Origin: Candidatus Cloacimonadota bacterium
GTDB lineage: Bacteria > Cloacimonadota > Cloacimonadia > Cloacimonadales > WRIO01
NCBI GenBank assembly: GCA_029564175.1
Contig: JAKQQL010000156.1
Location: forward strand, 1-10,865
Direction: 5' to 3'
Length of the DNA: 10,865 nt
Part shown: piece after piece, positions 8,379 to 10,865 of the stretch
How positions within the stretch are numbered: position 1 is the first letter of the stretch
Layout: the number at the start of each line of letters is the position of its first letter
Notes under the pieces: generated by a model
What the model saw: the letters and a program-made list of their open reading frames with translations, nothing else
Told to the model about the DNA's origin: nothing
Databases searched by the model: none
Translations under genes and position numbers: made by a program

Positions 8379-9494
8379 ATGAGAAAAATTTGTTTTTTGC
8401 TTTTACTTGTTATAATAGTAGCTTTTTCTTTTACTTCATGCTCAAAAAAAACAACTGAGCCTGATAATGATTTACCAAAAGCACCGCCACCAACAATTAG
8501 TCCTGAAGGCGGGATCTTTACAATTGGTCAGACAGTTACTCTTTCATGTTCATTAACAAGTGCTGAGATTTATTATACCACTAACGGGACAGATCCAAAT
8601 AGTTCATCACTCTTGTACACTCATCCAATATCTTGTAATACAACTCAGACAATAAAAGCAATTGCTCTACATCCTGATTACAAGCAAAGTAATGTAGTGA
8701 CTGCCTCATTTACAATCAATATGATTATCCCTGAAAATATGGCTTTTGTTTCTGGTGGCACTTTCAGCCCCAATGAAGGATCTTATATGGTAACACTTTC
8801 ATCATATTTTATTGGGAAATATGAAGTCACTCAGGCTGAGTGGGAAAGTGTCATGACAGGGAATACAAATGGGATATCAGCAACACCCTCTTATTTTTCC
8901 AATCATCCGACTCATCCAGTGGAATGTGTGTCCTGGTATGATATACTGGTTTATTGTAACCGAAGGAGTATTCTGGAAGGGTTGACTCCCTGTTATGCCA
9001 AAGATGGAGATACAAATCCGGATCATTGGGGATTTGTACCGACCCAGGCAAATACATATTGGAATGCAATTACGATGAATATGAGTGCTGATGGTTACAG
9101 ATTGCCAACGGAGATGGAATGGGAATTTGCAGCCAGAGGCGGTAATCAATCACAGAATTTTACATATTCAGGTTCTAATACGATAGAATATGTGGCATGG
9201 TTATATGATAATTCATCTAATATGACTCAAGCAGTGGGTTCTAAAGCACCAAATGAACTGGGTATATTTGATATGAGCGGTAATGTTTTTGAATGGTGTT
9301 GGGACTGGATTGCCACTTACCCATCAGGATCATATACTAATCCGACAACTACTATCAGTCCGTACTATCGTACTAAACGAGGAGGCAGCTGGGATGTTGA
9401 TGAAAGTTATTGCCAGGTTTCTAATCGTTGCGATGGTAATATAGATGATCGTTATAGTAATAATGGTTTTCGTGTTGTCAGGCGTATTCAGTAA
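8379..9494 (+). CDS. Lipoprotein with CHB_HEX_C/Fn3-associated domain and FGE-sulfatase (SUMF1-like, C-type-lectin fold) domain; candidate DGR target, copy 2
   Basis: Same AGGAGTGATTATGA start context as copy 1. Lipobox FTS-C then SKKTTEP; PTISPEGGIF...IYYTTNGTDP; GKYEVTQAEW, YRLPTEMEWEFAARGG, NELGIFDMSGNVFEWCWDW, RGGSW, GFRVVR. Collinear paralogue of 6794-7921. Confidence 0.92.
   Translation: MRKICFLLLLVIIVAFSFTSCSKKTTEPDNDLPKAPPPTISPEGGIFTIGQTVTLSCSLTSAEIYYTTNGTDPNSSSLLYTHPISCNTTQTIKAIALHPDYKQSNVVTASFTINMIIPENMAFVSGGTFSPNEGSYMVTLSSYFIGKYEVTQAEWESVMTGNTNGISATPSYFSNHPTHPVECVSWYDILVYCNRRSILEGLTPCYAKDGDTNPDHWGFVPTQANTYWNAITMNMSADGYRLPTEMEWEFAARGGNQSQNFTYSGSNTIEYVAWLYDNSSNMTQAVGSKAPNELGIFDMSGNVFEWCWDWIATYPSGSYTNPTTTISPYYRTKRGGSWDVDESYCQVSNRCDGNIDDRYSNNGFRVVRRIQ
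9378..9482 (+). other. DGR variable-region-like segment, copy 2
   Basis: Same length and scaffold as 7805-7909. 15 of 15 template-AAY-equivalent positions are NNY (GAT GTT GAT AGT TAT AAT TGC GAT GGT AAT GAT GAT TAT AGT AAT). Confidence 0.55.
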
Positions 9495-9721
9495 TTGTTG
9501 TTTTTTTCTATTTCTAACAAAACAAAGTATAGATTCTTGGCTTTCTGAAAGTAAAACTGAGGTAAAAAGGCAAAGTAGGAAGGTGAATCTCCGCTACAAG
9601 CTATGAAAGCGCGTATGAATATAAGAAAGTTATTCGGTGACAGCTAAATTGCCTGATTCCTTTATCCATTTTTCCCAGATACTTTCTTATCTATGCAAAA
9701 ACAAGAGTAACGAAATAACCC

Positions 9722-9842
9722 GTACTGCAAGCAAGATGCTTGCAGTACTATTGCGTGCGAACAGCGTTTCACTTGTCCCTACAGACTGCTACTAATCTGT
9801 CTGTAACAAAAATCTTTCGCAAGCTGGTAGCTTGCGTTACAA
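9722..9842. repeat. Second cluster of REP-like palindromes
   Basis: GTACTGCAAGCA-AGA-TGCTTGCAGTAC (9722-9748, perfect 12-bp stem); 9755-9782 (minus strand GTAGGGACAAGTGAAACGCTGTTCGCAC); TACAGAC/GTCTGTA (9780-9805); TTTCGCAAGCTGGTAGCTTGCGTTACAA (9815-9842, near-identical to 4249-4276). Confidence 0.85.
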
Positions 9843-9847
9843 GCGGC

Positions 9848-9977
9848 CTTTCATCTCTGCTTCTATCCTCTTTCATTCCTGCTTCAAAGCCCTTCACCTG
9901 AATATCGCAGCAGGTTGTTTATGGGAAGTGAGCAGGAAGATGTCAAGAAAGAGCAAATGAGTTTTCTACAGGATAGA
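9848..9977. repeat. Inverted array of degenerate ~11-bp units (TTC-phased left arm, GAA-phased right arm)
   Basis: TTC at 9850, 9861, 9872, 9883 and 9893; GAA at 9925, 9936 and 9947. Complementary blocks ACCTG/CAGGT, TTCCTGCT/AGCAGGAA, CTCTTTC/GAAAGAG and TCTATCCT/AGGATAGA. Confidence 0.6.
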
Positions 9978-10046
9978 TATGATAATAAAATGAAAAAGAT
10001 ATTGTTTTTTAAGAGGATATGAGTATATTATCAGTAAGAGGAGTAT

Positions 10047-10598
10047 ATGAAGGTAATTTTTAAAAAGAAAACACATGATTATCCAAAAAGAGCCGGTGAT
10101 CTGGCACTTGCCTGGTATGCCGGTGGAAATGTCTGCATTCTCAGAAAAAAAGTAAAAAGAGAACTGCAAAAGCAGAATTTGTCGATTATTCAGATCAATG
10201 CGATTAGCCGGATGGTTTGGGAAGGATTGAGTAAGCCTTTTAAAAAAGATCTGGCTCATTATGCCCTGCTTTATAAAAAAGAATACCCTGGCCTCAGAAA
10301 GAGAGGAATTTCTTCTTATGCTGTCTTTTTGATGGTTACTCATGCACTGATCAAGCGTTTTTCATTGAATACGGAGAATAATGTCTTATGTTCGGAATTA
10401 TTGAAAATTTTATTGGCTGATATGTCAGTTAAAAGGGCTGTTGAACTAAGAATACTTAAAAGAGTGAGCAGATATTATCAACTGAATCAGAATAGTCTTT
10501 ACAATTCAAAACAAGAGAAATTCAAAAATAATCAAAATGAAATGATACTTCAAAATGATCGGGTTTATTTTAAAAAAGAGGCATTTGCTGACGGATAA
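10047..10598 (+). CDS. Hypothetical Lys/Arg-rich protein, possibly nucleic-acid-binding
   Basis: 183-aa ORF with GAGGAG at 10038-10043. No signal peptide; predicted N-terminal beta-strands (LALAWYAGGNVCILRK) followed by helices with a W-x-x-L-S-x-x-x-K-x-x-x-x-x-Y pattern. No recognisable enzyme motif. Confidence 0.75.
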   Translation: MKVIFKKKTHDYPKRAGDLALAWYAGGNVCILRKKVKRELQKQNLSIIQINAISRMVWEGLSKPFKKDLAHYALLYKKEYPGLRKRGISSYAVFLMVTHALIKRFSLNTENNVLCSELLKILLADMSVKRAVELRILKRVSRYYQLNQNSLYNSKQEKFKNNQNEMILQNDRVYFKKEAFADG

Positions 10599-10687
10599 GA
10601 CTACTATAGCTTAAAAAAGTCCAAAATCAATGTCAAAGCGGTTTGTAACATTTGAGTTTTACTATATTTTAAAATAAGAGAACAAGT

Positions 10688-10782
10688 ACGAAAATTTGTT
10701 GACTTTCCTTGTTTTTAACTTATAAGTTGTTCAGTTTAAAGTCAAGTAAAATCTTGACAATTTTCGTTATTTTTTATATTAG
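10688..10782. promoter_or_regulatory. Palindromic promoter/operator region with several TTGAC boxes
   Basis: TTGACT (10699-10704)-N16-TATAAG; perfect palindrome AACTTATAAGTT (10717-10728); GTCAAG-N6-CTTGAC (10741-10758); TTGACA (10754-10759) followed by TATATT (10775-10780). Confidence 0.5.
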
Positions 10783-10783
10783 T

Positions 10784-10856
10784 ATTAGTAGGGAACTGAC
10801 GAGATGACCCCGTTTTAGTTTCTTCGGAAACTTGGGGCTCTCGTTTCTCTATTAAT
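10784..10856 (+). ncRNA. Bulged stem-loop capped by a C(UUCG)G tetraloop; probable 5' leader or small RNA
   Basis: ATTAGTAGGGAA/TTCTCTATTAAT (12 bp, 2 G-U), ACGAGA/TCTCGT, CCCC/GGGG, AGTTTC-TTCG-GAAACT. It starts immediately downstream of the TTGACA promoter-like box. Confidence 0.55.
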
Positions 10857-10865
10857 GTGTCAATA

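Noticed and set aside
8255..8458. 67-aa ORF upstream of lectin copy 2
   Set aside because: TTG start without RBS, and it overlaps the promoter region and the start of the real gene in another frame.
1668..9149. Remaining short ORFs within mutS, mtnA, DUF362 and lectin copy 2 (antisense or alternate frame)
   Set aside because: They lie within or across well-supported genes and have no recognisable motifs; such ORFs are expected by chance.
6794..9494. True formylglycine-generating (sulfatase-maturing) enzymes
   Set aside because: The catalytic Cys pair after RGGS is missing (GGSWGSTAYDC, GGSWDVDESYC), both are lipoproteins, and no sulfatase is adjacent.
9568..9654. c-di-GMP-I riboswitch (GGCAAA...GTGA...AAGCTAT...TGACAGC...TTGCC)
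   Set aside because: P2 does not pair properly around the GNRA-like loop, and the GACGCAAAGC junction and tetraloop receptor are absent. The next start codon is ~400 nt away behind REP clusters. A cmscan would settle it.
9966..10343. 125-aa minus-strand ORF
   Set aside because: Antisense shadow of the 183-aa gene, which has the RBS. It has a low-complexity Phe/Ile/Leu-rich translation.
10790..10850. Hammerhead ribozyme (CTGACGA at 10796-10802 and GAAAC at 10827-10831)
   Set aside because: The base before GAAA is G, so stem II cannot close. Stem III would be only 2 bp and stem I falls out of register. The simple UUCG-capped hairpin explains the sequence better.
6420..10865. A complete DGR cassette (template repeat, reverse transcriptase, avd) in the window
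   Set aside because: I read all intergenic stretches and found no AAY-rich copy of either variable-region-like segment and no ORF with an RT (Y/F)xDD motif. The 183-aa ORF does not look like an Avd four-helix bundle.

Overview
AT-rich bacterial window with every credible gene on the + strand. The lipoprotein style (C-SKKTTE) and the last ORF suggest Candidatus Cloacimonadota, which is an inference only. The left 6.4 kb is housekeeping: the 3' part of a hemerythrin-domain gene, a secreted TPR+SPOR protein, mutS, mtnA and an overlapping DUF362/2x[4Fe-4S] gene. The right 4.4 kb is accessory. It holds two tandem paralogous lipoproteins (CHB_HEX_C/Fn3-associated domain + FGE-sulfatase/C-type-lectin fold) whose 3' ends carry the codon signature of diversity-generating retroelement (DGR) variable regions, although no template repeat or reverse transcriptase is present in the window. 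It also holds a basic 183-aa orphan preceded by an inverted array phased at 11 bp. The intergenic DNA is rich in structure: GTAN-initiated REP-like hairpins, a REPIN-like doublet, a pseudoknotted Flavo-1-like RNA between the two lectin genes, and a cUUCGg-capped hairpin behind a palindromic promoter region at the right edge.
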